From Promethearchaeota archaeon (GTDB taxonomy: Archaea > Asgardarchaeota > Lokiarchaeia > Sigyniarchaeales > SOKP01), in assembly GCA_008080735.1 (NCBI GenBank), contig SHMW01000013.1, positions 15,918 to 77,859 on the forward strand: a stretch of 61,942 bases of DNA, in the 5' to 3' direction. This document shows positions 18,374 to 28,439 of the stretch, piece by piece (position 1 is the first letter of the stretch; the number at the start of each line of letters is the position of its first letter). The notes below the pieces were generated by a model that did no database searches, was not told where the DNA came from, and saw only the letters and a program-made list of their open reading frames with translations. The position numbers and the translations under genes were made by a program.

Positions 18374-20329
18374 TTACTCCTCTATAGGTAAGAATTCATC
18401 TATATAGGCCATATATTGGACATCTCTGTAATATCTGAGCTCAATCGCGTTGCTTGGACATTGGGCGGCGCACGTTCCGCAACCCCGACAGCTGATAATA
18501 TCAACGACTAAATTTCCGTTTTCATTTACAGATATCGCATTGTAAGGACACGCTTCAATACATTTATAACATTTCGCGCATCGCTCGTCTGATGGAGTCG
18601 CCCGAATCAGTTCCATGGTATATTCCCCCCGACCCATCGGAATCGCTGCTGAGGACGCTGCACCTTTGGCTTGTCCTACAGCTTTATCAATTCCTTTCTG
18701 TCCTTGACATGAGCCGGCAATAAACACACCCGGAACTTTCGTACTAATCGGATCCAATCGAGCATGGAATTCCTTGAGAAATCCATCAGGACTACGTTCC
18801 ATATTCATTACGTTGGCGATTTCTACTGTACCTTGGGAGGGCAAAGACGCCGATGACAAGACTACCATATCAAATTCTTCTTCAATGACCGTGTCTGTTC
18901 CTACGGGCTCCATCTTAACCTTCAGATTCTTAGTTTCGGGATCCTCTTCAATATTTCCAACCAAACCTTTCATGAAGATAATACCAGAATTTCGCGCTCG
19001 ACGATAATACTCCTCATAATCCTTCCCGCAATTTCTCATATCGATATAGCATACGACTATTTCGGAATCAGGATATTCTGATTTAATTAACTTGGAGTTT
19101 TTCACCGATAAATTACAACACACTACGCTACAATACTCGTTACTTCGTAAATCCCGTGAACCCACGCAGTTGATGAATAATATGCGTTTCGGTCGCTCTC
19201 TATCAGAAGGTCGCTTTAGATGCCCAAATGTAGGTCCATTTGGCGCGAGAATGCGTTCGAGCTGAATCTGAGTTATTACGTTGTCATAGGTGCCGTATCC
19301 GTAATCATCCTCTTCATAGAGGTCCCAACCAGTCGCAATAATAATCGTTCCAACTTCGAGATCCACATACTCTTCCTTCATACTAAAATCAATCGATTCT
19401 TGATCGCATGAATCCACACACGCAAAACATTCCACACAAGAGTCTCGAGCAATATCATATACCGCTGGGACTGCTTGCGCGAATGAAATGTCAATGCATT
19501 TACGGGCCGAAAGGTTTTCGTCAAAATAATTCGGTACATAAATTGGACAGACTTCGGTACACTGGCCGCAGCCCGTACACGAGTCTTCATCCACATACCG
19601 AGGATTTCTCTTGACTTTTACCTGAAAGTTGCCAATATATCCATCCACATCAACAACTTCACTATAACTCATGATGTTTATATTCGGATGACGATTGGCT
19701 TCTAACATTTTTGGCCCCAAGATTCAGATAGAACAGTCATCTGTAGGAAACGTTCTGTCCAATTGGGACATCCGACCACCAATGGTCGTTTTCTTTTCTA
19801 CAAGATGGACTTTATATCCCGCATCTGCTAAGTCGATGGCTGAGGTTAGTCCTGCGATACCTCCGCCTATAACTAACGCTTCGGGTTTTACAGGAACAGT
19901 TTTCGTTGGCACATCCTCTAACAATCGTGCTCGTGAAATTCCTGCTTTAATGAGTTCAATCGATTTTTGCGTCGCTTCTTCCTTTTCTTGTTGATGAACG
20001 AAGCTACAATGTTCTCTGATATTGACGAATTCAAGGTATCGTGGTGGTAAACTGATCTCTTCGAGTATTGCGTGAAAGACCGGTTGATGTGTTTTAGGAG
20101 TGCATGCCGCAACAACAACCCGATCAAATCCGACTTCCTCGTTTTGCTCTTTTATATAGGCGCTTCCACCTTCAGTACACATCGAAAGATATTCATACGC
20201 CCAAACGTTCGGTAGCTTATCAATCTCCTCAACTATCTCTGGAACATCGAGTATTCCCGCTATATTTATACCTCACCGACACACAAATACCGCAATTTTT
20301 AGTTCATTGGTCTGTTCTTCTTCAGACAA
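18374..20329 (-). CDS. hdrA: selenocysteine-containing heterodisulfide reductase subunit A (651 aa, 2 Sec)
   Basis: One frame from TTG 20329 (MSEEEQTNELKIAVFVCRUGINIAG) through UGA 20273-20275 and UGA 19724-19726 (FPTDDCSIUILGPKM) joins ORF-track fragments 19724-20182 and 18374-19720. GGGIAG FAD motif, ACTP, NIREHC, ferredoxin motifs. Confidence 0.93.
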
Positions 20330-20754
20330 TTTTTACACCTTTTGGGTAAATTAACCTCCAATATCTTGAGATTGATTTGTTTTGATTTTTAATTATAAGT
20401 TTAATATAGTTAATTGGTAAAATTAACAATTGTTCTTAATATTTGTTCTTAAGATTAATCATTGAACTATTAATAACTAATGATATTTCAAAAGTAAGAA
20501 TCCGCATGTTGAGTTTGGGAAGTAGATATTTTTGATACATTTCATTCAAAAACAATTCAATTTTGATCTATTATGATAAAAGAATTATTCCCTTGAAAAA
20601 GTGGAAAATGGTATATTTTTCAGAAGTGAGTTTTTGATAATCCACTTTTTTTCATAAGGAGCAAGTTACAGCATAGAGAATCCTATTATATATTTTAGTA
20701 ATATGATTCAGTGGATTCAAATATTTTTTAATCTGAGTTATCTTACCTAATAAT

Positions 20755-21078
20755 ATGGAAATAATTGCGATGGGAGAGTTGCGCTCATTTTTAACCACTC
20801 ATATTCCTAGCTATGAGGACCCCATCATATTCATCAGCTCGGACTTCATTCCTGGATGTCCGAAATGTAATAGTAGTGCCACCGTGTATTACATTAAAAT
20901 GGCGGAGCGAGATTCGATTCCAGATGAGCAGAATCTAATAAGAGCAGAAAAGCATAAGTTTCCCATTGATATTTATGTTAAATATCCGATAATGAAAGGA
21001 GCTCCTCAAAAAATCGTAATCGGCACGAAGGAGTCTAAAGGTAGATTGAAAATGGTTCTAAGGCGTGTGATTGATTAG
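20755..21078 (+). CDS. small hypothetical protein with CxxC motif
   Basis: 107-aa ORF containing GCPKC, divergent from hdrA. Confidence 0.6.
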   Translation: MEIIAMGELRSFLTTHIPSYEDPIIFISSDFIPGCPKCNSSATVYYIKMAERDSIPDEQNLIRAEKHKFPIDIYVKYPIMKGAPQKIVIGTKESKGRLKMVLRRVID

Positions 21079-21123
21079 GTCTCCAGTCTCCTGAATACAT
21101 TTAAAAAGAAGGTTCTATTCTTC

Positions 21124-21723
21124 TTAGTAATCTTTACTTACTTTGTAAGATCTTATAATTTTATTGACCACTTGCTCGTACGACGCATCCGCTTCAGAAG
21201 ATAATTCTTCTATTAAGACTTCGAAATCTTGTTTGACATCAGCCCAACCCAATCTAAAATGAAGATATTCCCAATTTATGCTATTTAAATTTGCAATCAA
21301 TATTTGAACAATATCATCAATATCAACCGTACTTCGATCAGAGCGTGCCAATTTAGTTATGATGAAATCTTCAACGGCTAATACATTAATGTTCTCTTTG
21401 AATCTTTGTGTTTTATTCGTCATTTTACTATCCCAGTTAAAACTATCACAAGGTTTTAACCATATTTCTGCTTCGCTTCCCTTTCCAAAAATCGTAAATA
21501 AATCATGATTAAGTTTAGGATTTTGAAGTGTTTTGATTCCTTGTTCTTCTAAATTTTCTATGAATTCGTTTAACTTATCTTGAGTATCAATACTAATAGA
21601 AATGTCTATATCTAAGGTGCTCCTGGCAATTTTGTACGCAGGAAGGGCTAATCCTCCTATTATTACTGCGTCTATATCAAGCTTGCCAGCAATCTCAAAA
21701 AATGTATTGATTAATTTATTCAT
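21124..21723 (-). CDS. AbiEii/DUF6036-like nucleotidyltransferase
   Basis: IIGG.AL, R.T.DID, ED.IITKL..R..D..D motifs. Confidence 0.8.
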   Translation of the reverse strand: MNKLINTFFEIAGKLDIDAVIIGGLALPAYKIARSTLDIDISISIDTQDKLNEFIENLEEQGIKTLQNPKLNHDLFTIFGKGSEAEIWLKPCDSFNWDSKMTNKTQRFKENINVLAVEDFIITKLARSDRSTVDIDDIVQILIANLNSINWEYLHFRLGWADVKQDFEVLIEELSSEADASYEQVVNKIIRSYKVSKDY

Positions 21724-21877
21724 CTACCTCAACCAACCTTGTTAACTCTTCAAAAATCTGTTGAGGGGTCTTTCCTTTTTTAACTAATTTTTGGAATTCT
21801 TCTACTTTTTTGAATGCTCTTTCTATATCTGCGGAAGATAGATGTATTGGAGCGCGTTCTTTTTTCTCTTCGGACAT
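21716..21877 (-). CDS. 53-aa helical protein, putative antitoxin partner of the nucleotidyltransferase
   Basis: MSEEKKERAPIHLSSADIERAFKKVEEFQKLVKKGKTPQQIFEELTRLVEVDE*. Its end overlaps the downstream ATG (GATGAATAA) and carries a GAGGT RBS. Confidence 0.75.
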   Translation of the reverse strand: MSEEKKERAPIHLSSADIERAFKKVEEFQKLVKKGKTPQQIFEELTRLVEVDE

Positions 21878-22536
21878 CTTTTAATTAATTTCTAATATGA
21901 ATAATGAATCGGAATATTGCTTTATAATAAAAGAAGTATTTAAATTTTTATAAATTTAATAGGAAATTCCAATAATTTTTGGAAACATACATTATTTTTT
22001 CCATTTTTATAGCTCTATAACCCTCAGTTGTATGAGAATAGAATATTATTTAGAAATCAATATATAAATCCCACCATTTTCCCCCGAGACGTCCTAAAAA
22101 TGCTAAGGCTTAAATAAAATGCAACCTACATTTATGTTAACAAAATATTTATTGTTTTTATTATGAATACGAAGGAGTTTGGTCAACATACTGGTCTGGG
22201 ATTTAATAGATTAGTCCAAGTTCCGCATATTGAAATTATCAGTATTATGCGTGTATATACGATTAACAAGTATATGCTGTTAACATACTGAATTTCACAC
22301 GATACAGAGATACTGAATCACTTTACACTACACCAATAACACGCTATTTCTTACTTATTCTCACTCCACTTAAACCTCCCCATCACAAATGACATATCAG
22401 AACCCATTATTTGTCTTTATATAATATAAACAGAAACGATATTTTGCTATAAGGAAGTCTATCAATCTCTCTATAATAGAGGGAAAAAACCTATAGTTAA
22501 GATAACAAATAAAATGTAGGAGAAGAAAAAGAAAAT

Positions 22537-23724
22537 ATGTTTAATACAAAAAGCTTGAAGAGAAATCAGTGGAAATTATATTTATTTGAAGTATTTATAT
22601 GGTTTCATATGATTTCGGGAGTGCTTATCCCATTTTTTCTAAATTGGGGGAACCTTCAGTTTGTCGAGATTATGTATCTTCAAAGTTATTTTACGATGAT
22701 GATCATGGTTTTTGAAATTCCCTGTGGAGCAGTCTCAGATTATATTAGCAGAAAATTTTCTTTGCTGTTAGGGGGCGTTTCGAATATTATTGCTGTTCTG
22801 ATTTACATTAGTTATGCTAATATCGTAATCTTCTTTATTGGGGAAACCTTTTGGGCGTTATCCGCAGCATTTATATCAGGAACTGACGAATCTCTTCTGT
22901 TTGATACCCTCAAAAAACTCGATCAGGAACATCTAATTTCAAAAAAATCAGCAAGACTACAAACTGCCATGCTCGTGGGCATCGGTATATCTGCTCCAAT
23001 TGGTTCTCTAATAGGTACAATAATTTCACTTCCGGCGGTCGTATTATGTATGGCCATCCCATTTGCCATAGCAACCATTATTTCAGCTAGTATCATCGAG
23101 CCAAACCACTTTGAACAAAGGGAAGAGGAAACACAGACCTATCTAAAGATAATTAAATCTGGTTTTCTGGCATTAAAGACGAATAAGACTTTAAGAATAT
23201 TAGCTTTAGAGTTCGTTTCCGTGGATGCGTTAGTTTTCTTTATTTTATGGACTTATCAAGTGTACTTAGAACAAATTGGAGTTGCAATAACGTTTTATGG
23301 TTTCATAAGTGCAGCTATGACCGTAATGCAAATTTTGGTATTTAATATAGTTCCAAAAGTAGAGAAAAAGTATTCCAATAAGAAACTTTTCATCCAAATA
23401 TATACCTTAATACCTGCAACTGCATTTATCTTCATGGCGTTTATTTCATACATCCCATTAGCAATTGCTCTTATATTAATAGTAATTGGCTTTGGGTTTT
23501 CTCGCAAGATTTTATTTGTAAAAGGGATAAATTTTCAGATCGAATCAATAAATCGTGCAACTATTCTTAGTACCATTAATATGGCTGGAAGTCTATTAAG
23601 AGCTATTCTATACCCATTAATTGGATATTTGGTGATGTGGAATCTTAATTATACTTTCATCCTTCTAGGAATTATGATTATGATTCTTATAGCAATTTCA
23701 AGGATAAAAAATGAATATGTCTAA
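22537..23724 (+). CDS. MFS transporter
   Basis: FEIPCGAVSDYISRK motif A variant, SGTDESLLFD, about 12 TM. Confidence 0.9.
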   Translation: MFNTKSLKRNQWKLYLFEVFIWFHMISGVLIPFFLNWGNLQFVEIMYLQSYFTMMIMVFEIPCGAVSDYISRKFSLLLGGVSNIIAVLIYISYANIVIFFIGETFWALSAAFISGTDESLLFDTLKKLDQEHLISKKSARLQTAMLVGIGISAPIGSLIGTIISLPAVVLCMAIPFAIATIISASIIEPNHFEQREEETQTYLKIIKSGFLALKTNKTLRILALEFVSVDALVFFILWTYQVYLEQIGVAITFYGFISAAMTVMQILVFNIVPKVEKKYSNKKLFIQIYTLIPATAFIFMAFISYIPLAIALILIVIGFGFSRKILFVKGINFQIESINRATILSTINMAGSLLRAILYPLIGYLVMWNLNYTFILLGIMIMILIAISRIKNEYV

Positions 23725-24105
23725 ACTTTTTTTTATATTAATTGAGAATTTTGAACATAATATAGGTAAACTATATTTACCAATTCTTTAGTCAAATCAG
23801 GACAGTTTATCCCTCTTTCTATGGTTTATATCTCATACATAAAAAAAAAAACCGAGATCCTACAAAAGATATATACTATCGGAACTGCAACCGTTATTCT
23901 CGGAGTATGCATTAAAGCATTAAGACCAAAGGAGAGGACAAAGAAGATCTGGTGCGTACGGACACCCGGAGAGTATTAAACCTTGATAAAAACTCGAAAA
24001 ATGAATACTTAGGTAAATTCCAAAAACTCTTATTTATTTCATAATTAATTAAGAACATATTTTAAATGAATATATACTATTTAGATAGGCATTCGTCGGA
24101 ATTTC

Positions 24106-25425
24106 ATGATCTCCTTAAAAACATTTAAACGATATACAACTTGTCTAATATCAAATAAGTACATAAAGATTGGCTTATGCCTCCATTCCATTAGTTTCAT
24201 GGCTGGGTTGATCATTGGACTAAACTTTGTGTTTACTGAGTATCATTATTTTGATTTTCCCGCATTTTATAGATCTGGAAACTTGATTTTCTCTGATCTG
24301 AATAACCTTTACAACCTTTCCTCATATCCAGGAGTTTATTTTAGATATTTACCGTTTTCTGCGCTATTATATTCATTCTTATCTTTATTTCCTATTGAAA
24401 TTGCATTTGTACTAAATGCGATTTTCAAACTAATTATAAATCTTTTGGTCGTTATTTTAATGACTTATCTATATGAACATTTCTATAGTAAAAATGGATC
24501 TCTTGATAAATATTTTTATTCCTTATTATTTGCATATTTGGTATTTGGTGCGCATGTGATAGATTATGTACAAGGTCAACCGAACCCATATCTTGCCTTT
24601 TTACTTTTAATTACTCTCTATTTTTTTGAAAGCTCTAAAAGAAAACCAAAAAAGAGGTTTTTATATAATCTTATGGGCGGACTATGTTTAGGAATTGCAT
24701 CTAGTTTTAAATTAACTCTATTTATTATCCTACCTTTTGTTTTAATCTATTCCTTGCAAAATTCCGATCTAAAGATTAATATTAGCAGATTATTGGGGGT
24801 CTTTTTAATTATCATTATTAATGGTTTTTTTTTCCTAATACAACCTAAAATTTTATCAGACTTTTTCATTCTTAATTTAGAAGGTGGTTTTTCTTATTTG
24901 GAATGTTCATTTTCAATCAGCATAACTCGTATGGTAATCAATAGTTTCGGGTTCTTTGAAATACACATTTCTCCTATGCTCATTATGATAATCTTTTTGG
25001 TACCTTTTTTTCTATTGGTATTTAATCAATATTTGAAAAATTATAATAAAAACAAATTATTACCGGAATTATTCTCCTTGGCTTTATTTATTCCAATACT
25101 CGTGTATATAGATGTCTGGTCTTATCAATATATTATCTCATTTCCTTTCATTCTTCTTTCTATGGGACGACTGAATGAAAATTTATATACGTTTGAAGAC
25201 TTTCATCCACAAATTTACAATAATGCAAAATTAAATTTAGACCAAACCAAAAAAATTGTCAATTTAATGGATATATATATATGGGATTTGCTTCCAGCGT
25301 TTTTCTTTTTTATTTTGCAAATTCCTGCCCTTAATATTTTTTACACCGTTTTTTCCTTGATTCTTTTTGTACGATTTTATAATTTCTATAAACACAAATT
25401 TTACTATGATTTCAACGATTTATAG
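24106..25425 (+). CDS. GT87/DUF2029-like polytopic glycosyltransferase
   Basis: DFPAFY, FRYLP, GQPN, G..LGIA..FK motifs; multi-TM. Confidence 0.75.
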   Translation: MISLKTFKRYTTCLISNKYIKIGLCLHSISFMAGLIIGLNFVFTEYHYFDFPAFYRSGNLIFSDLNNLYNLSSYPGVYFRYLPFSALLYSFLSLFPIEIAFVLNAIFKLIINLLVVILMTYLYEHFYSKNGSLDKYFYSLLFAYLVFGAHVIDYVQGQPNPYLAFLLLITLYFFESSKRKPKKRFLYNLMGGLCLGIASSFKLTLFIILPFVLIYSLQNSDLKINISRLLGVFLIIIINGFFFLIQPKILSDFFILNLEGGFSYLECSFSISITRMVINSFGFFEIHISPMLIMIIFLVPFFLLVFNQYLKNYNKNKLLPELFSLALFIPILVYIDVWSYQYIISFPFILLSMGRLNENLYTFEDFHPQIYNNAKLNLDQTKKIVNLMDIYIWDLLPAFFFFILQIPALNIFYTVFSLILFVRFYNFYKHKFYYDFNDL

Positions 25426-25487
25426 ATGTTACAATATGAAACCTCCTATTCGGATTCTATATCATCAAGAAAAGAAGAAAATAAATA

Positions 25488-25898
25488 TTAAGCCATTATT
25501 TTTTCTAAAACTTGATCTAATTGTTCCTCACTTGCGCCTTCTTTAGGAACATTGAGCTCGATTTTTCTGTCCCCTTTATTGCGAGGGATAATATGCACAT
25601 GGGAATGCTCTACTACCTGTCCGGCAGCTTTATAGTTATTCTGCACAATATTATATCCATCGATCTCCAGTTTTTCGTGGAGCAACAAGGCGACTCGCTT
25701 TACAGCTTTGAATAAGTTCCCTACTTCCTCATCGGGAAGCTTTTCTATCGTCGAATAATGTTTCTTGGGAATCACAACGGTATGTCCAGTAGATATGGGC
25801 CGTATATCGAGAAAAGCTATGTTTGTATCGTTTTCGAATACTTTTTTTGAGGGAATTTGTCCATTCACAATTTTGCAAAAAATGCAATCTTCACTCAT
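25488..25898 (-). CDS. HIT-family hydrolase
   Basis: CIFCKI, GHTVVIPKKH, AGQVVEHSHVHIIPR. Confidence 0.95.
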   Translation of the reverse strand: MSEDCIFCKIVNGQIPSKKVFENDTNIAFLDIRPISTGHTVVIPKKHYSTIEKLPDEEVGNLFKAVKRVALLLHEKLEIDGYNIVQNNYKAAGQVVEHSHVHIIPRNKGDRKIELNVPKEGASEEQLDQVLEKIMA

Positions 25899-26077
25899 TT
25901 TTGTAGTCTTCTCCTTTCAATGAATTGTTGCTTATTTGTGAAAATACCTTTGTTTGTTTATAAGTTTTAAGCTTTAGATTTAAATAACAAAAACGAGATA
26001 TATAGAATACGGGTTAAAGTAATCCTTATTTTATTCAAAGATTATTCGTAACTAATCATTTAGGAGCATCCATAATC

Positions 26078-26998
26078 ATGAATCAATCAAGAATTCACAA
26101 ACCAAAGGAAAAAAGAAAACAAGATCGTGAAGAGATACCAGTAGAGGGCTCCTGTTGTGAAGACCCGCGTGTTGAAAATAAAAAAGGAGAAGTTGTATGC
26201 GTTCATTGCGGAACCGTACATGAACGTGATATCGTCGCTTTGAAGAGGAGAGCCTATACAGCCGAAGAGGTTGAGAAGAGAAGAATAACCGAACCTCGAT
26301 GGAGGCGTTTTGGACCTCGAACCACCATTCCTTCAGCAACAAAAGAGGATAGGATGAGTCCAGAACGTAAAACTCTGTTTTCACGCTTATCAAAAATTCA
26401 AAAATCTCTCGTATCGAGTATAGAGAGAAATTTCTGGGAGGCACGACCAAAGCTAAAAATGCTCACCTCTATGTTGAATATTCCTAAATATATCGAAGAA
26501 ACCGCATGGAAAATATACGCTGAAGCGGCAAAAAAACAATTGACACTGGGTCGGACTATCAAGGGATTTGTTGCAGCCGCTCTTTATGCTGCTATACGAG
26601 TACATGAATATCCGCGAATATTGGACGAGATTTGCGACGCGATGATGATTTCCCGACATAAAGTTATAAAATCGTTAGGGTTGATTATTAAGAAAGTTCT
26701 CCCAGAGTTAGGATTAAAATATCATCCAATCACACCTAAAAAATTGATATACCGATTCGGGAACGAGGCAGATATGTCGCTTCAAATCCAAAAAAAAGCA
26801 TATGACTTATTGAAGAAAACTGTTGAAGCTCATATGCAAACGGGAGGAAAAGATCCGCGGGGATTTGCAGCCGCCGCGCTTTATATGGCGGCTAAATCCA
26901 CACCCGATCAAAGGACGCAGTCTGAGATGGCAGATATAGCGGGAATTACTGAGGTAACTTTGCGAAATCGATTGAAAGATTTACGAAAATATATATGA
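26078..26998 (+). CDS. tfb: transcription initiation factor IIB (TFB) paralog
   Basis: Zn ribbon CC..P..VCVHCG; two cyclin repeats with GRTI..AAALYAA and GKDP.G.AAAALY; ITEVTLRNR. Confidence 0.9.
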   Translation: MNQSRIHKPKEKRKQDREEIPVEGSCCEDPRVENKKGEVVCVHCGTVHERDIVALKRRAYTAEEVEKRRITEPRWRRFGPRTTIPSATKEDRMSPERKTLFSRLSKIQKSLVSSIERNFWEARPKLKMLTSMLNIPKYIEETAWKIYAEAAKKQLTLGRTIKGFVAAALYAAIRVHEYPRILDEICDAMMISRHKVIKSLGLIIKKVLPELGLKYHPITPKKLIYRFGNEADMSLQIQKKAYDLLKKTVEAHMQTGGKDPRGFAAAALYMAAKSTPDQRTQSEMADIAGITEVTLRNRLKDLRKYI

Positions 26999-27279
26999 TA
27001 TCCCGCTCAGTGATTCTGAATGTTCAATATTTCTATCGAAGATTTCTTCATTACATAAAAATATAATTTTTATTATATCAGCAATGATTTCAGGGAAAAT
27101 ATAGTTTTATATAATTTGCCTCTGATATACTCCTTTCAATCATTCAAATTACTTCAGAAATAGTACAAGAAAGGAAAGATTTTTTAATTTTTTAAGTATA
27201 TAATTCTTTAAGGTATCTAACGATATCATTTAATTTATTTACAAAATTAATTCGCAATAAAATATAAAGAAGTGATTTT

Positions 27280-27540
27280 ATGGCCAAGAGCCAAGGAACC
27301 GTAAAATGGTTCAACAGTAAGAAAGGATACGGCTTTATCACACCAGACGACGGTGGAGATGATGTGTTTGTTCATTATACAGGCATAGCCGGTGAAGATA
27401 ATAGTTTTAAGGTTATCTATGAGGGAGACAAAGTAGAATACGAGGTCACCGAAGGAAAAAAAGGTCCACAAGCCGTCGATGTTGAGGTAACCGAGAAAGC
27501 TCCTCGCGATAGTTATAATAAACGAGGCTCCTTCTATTAA
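27280..27540 (+). CDS. csp: cold-shock domain protein
   Basis: [31 protein letters not shown]. Confidence 0.95.
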   Translation: MAKSQGTVKWFNSKKGYGFITPDDGGDDVFVHYTGIAGEDNSFKVIYEGDKVEYEVTEGKKGPQAVDVEVTEKAPRDSYNKRGSFY

Positions 27541-27872
27541 ACTCAGTATCTTAGTAATGTACCACACAAAAAATTAATAAACAATAAATAGAGATTTAAG
27601 ATATTCACGTTCCAAGTAGTAAAACGGGTTAACCATCTTTTTCTCGCTTTTTTCTTTTCACTTTTATTCTATTTACTTTTTGTGAAAGTGGATGGACTCG
27701 GGGTTAATTTTCTCATAATTAAAATTTAAAAACAGAAGATTAAACCTATTAAGGTTATTCTATGGATTAATACATTTTCTTAATTAAATTAGAAATTCAC
27801 AGATAGAATAACATTACGCTTAATTCATAAGAAAAAATGATAGAAAAAATAAAAGAAATAAATAGGAAAAAA

Positions 27873-28436
27873 TTAGCTTTCGTATTCTTCGAGTTGTTCA
27901 CCAAAAAGGCGTTTTACAGCGTCTAATCTGGTTTCCTCACCGATCTGCTCGACATTCTTTAAGGATATCGCTTCTTTTGGACAGACTAATATACATTGAG
28001 GCTCTGGTTCACCGACCTCAGGATCGATAAATTCTTCTTTCATATTTTCGCATAAATCGCACACTAATGCCTTTTGCGAATTAATATTTAACGAAATCAC
28101 ACCGAAATCGCACGCTCGGATACAAAATCCGCACCCATTACACTTATCATCATCGACGATGATACTCCCTGTCTCTTCATCACGTTCTAACGCTTTTTCG
28201 GGACAACTCCGAACGCAAGGAGCATCTTCGCATTTTTGGCATGCTAATGCGATATTGAAGACGGGCTCCACCCGGACGCGATGGATTCTGGCATTAATCG
28301 GATTAAATACTCCCTCGTGAACGAAGGAACACACTGATTCGCATGTTTCGCATCCAGTACAGAGATCTGGGTCGACCATAATGAATTGATGCATTTTTCC
28401 GCCGCGCTTCTTAATCTTCGATCTAGCTTTTGACAT
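27873..28436 (-). CDS. 4Fe-4S dicluster protein (AOR electron-transfer subunit)
   Basis: CTGCETCESVC, CQKCEDAPCVRSCP, CNGCGFCIRAC; 3 nt downstream of aor. Confidence 0.9.
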   Translation of the reverse strand: MSKARSKIKKRGGKMHQFIMVDPDLCTGCETCESVCSFVHEGVFNPINARIHRVRVEPVFNIALACQKCEDAPCVRSCPEKALERDEETGSIIVDDDKCNGCGFCIRACDFGVISLNINSQKALVCDLCENMKEEFIDPEVGEPEPQCILVCPKEAISLKNVEQIGEETRLDAVKRLFGEQLEEYES

Positions 28437-28439
28437 TGT

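Noticed and set aside
18374-20182. ORF-track calls 19724-20182 and 18374-19720 as two genes, or hdrA as a pseudogene
   Set aside because: They are in the same frame, separated only by a TGA at a conserved Cys position, with a SECIS downstream; one selenoprotein explains this better.
21880-22536. Long intergenic region checked for ncRNA, CRISPR or IS ends
   Set aside because: No repeats, tRNA fold or terminal inverted repeats found; only short ORFs without support.
23821-23979. 52-aa ORF spanning an A11 run (possible phase-variable microprotein)
   Set aside because: No RBS or homology cue; the homopolymer is more simply a terminator-like tract.
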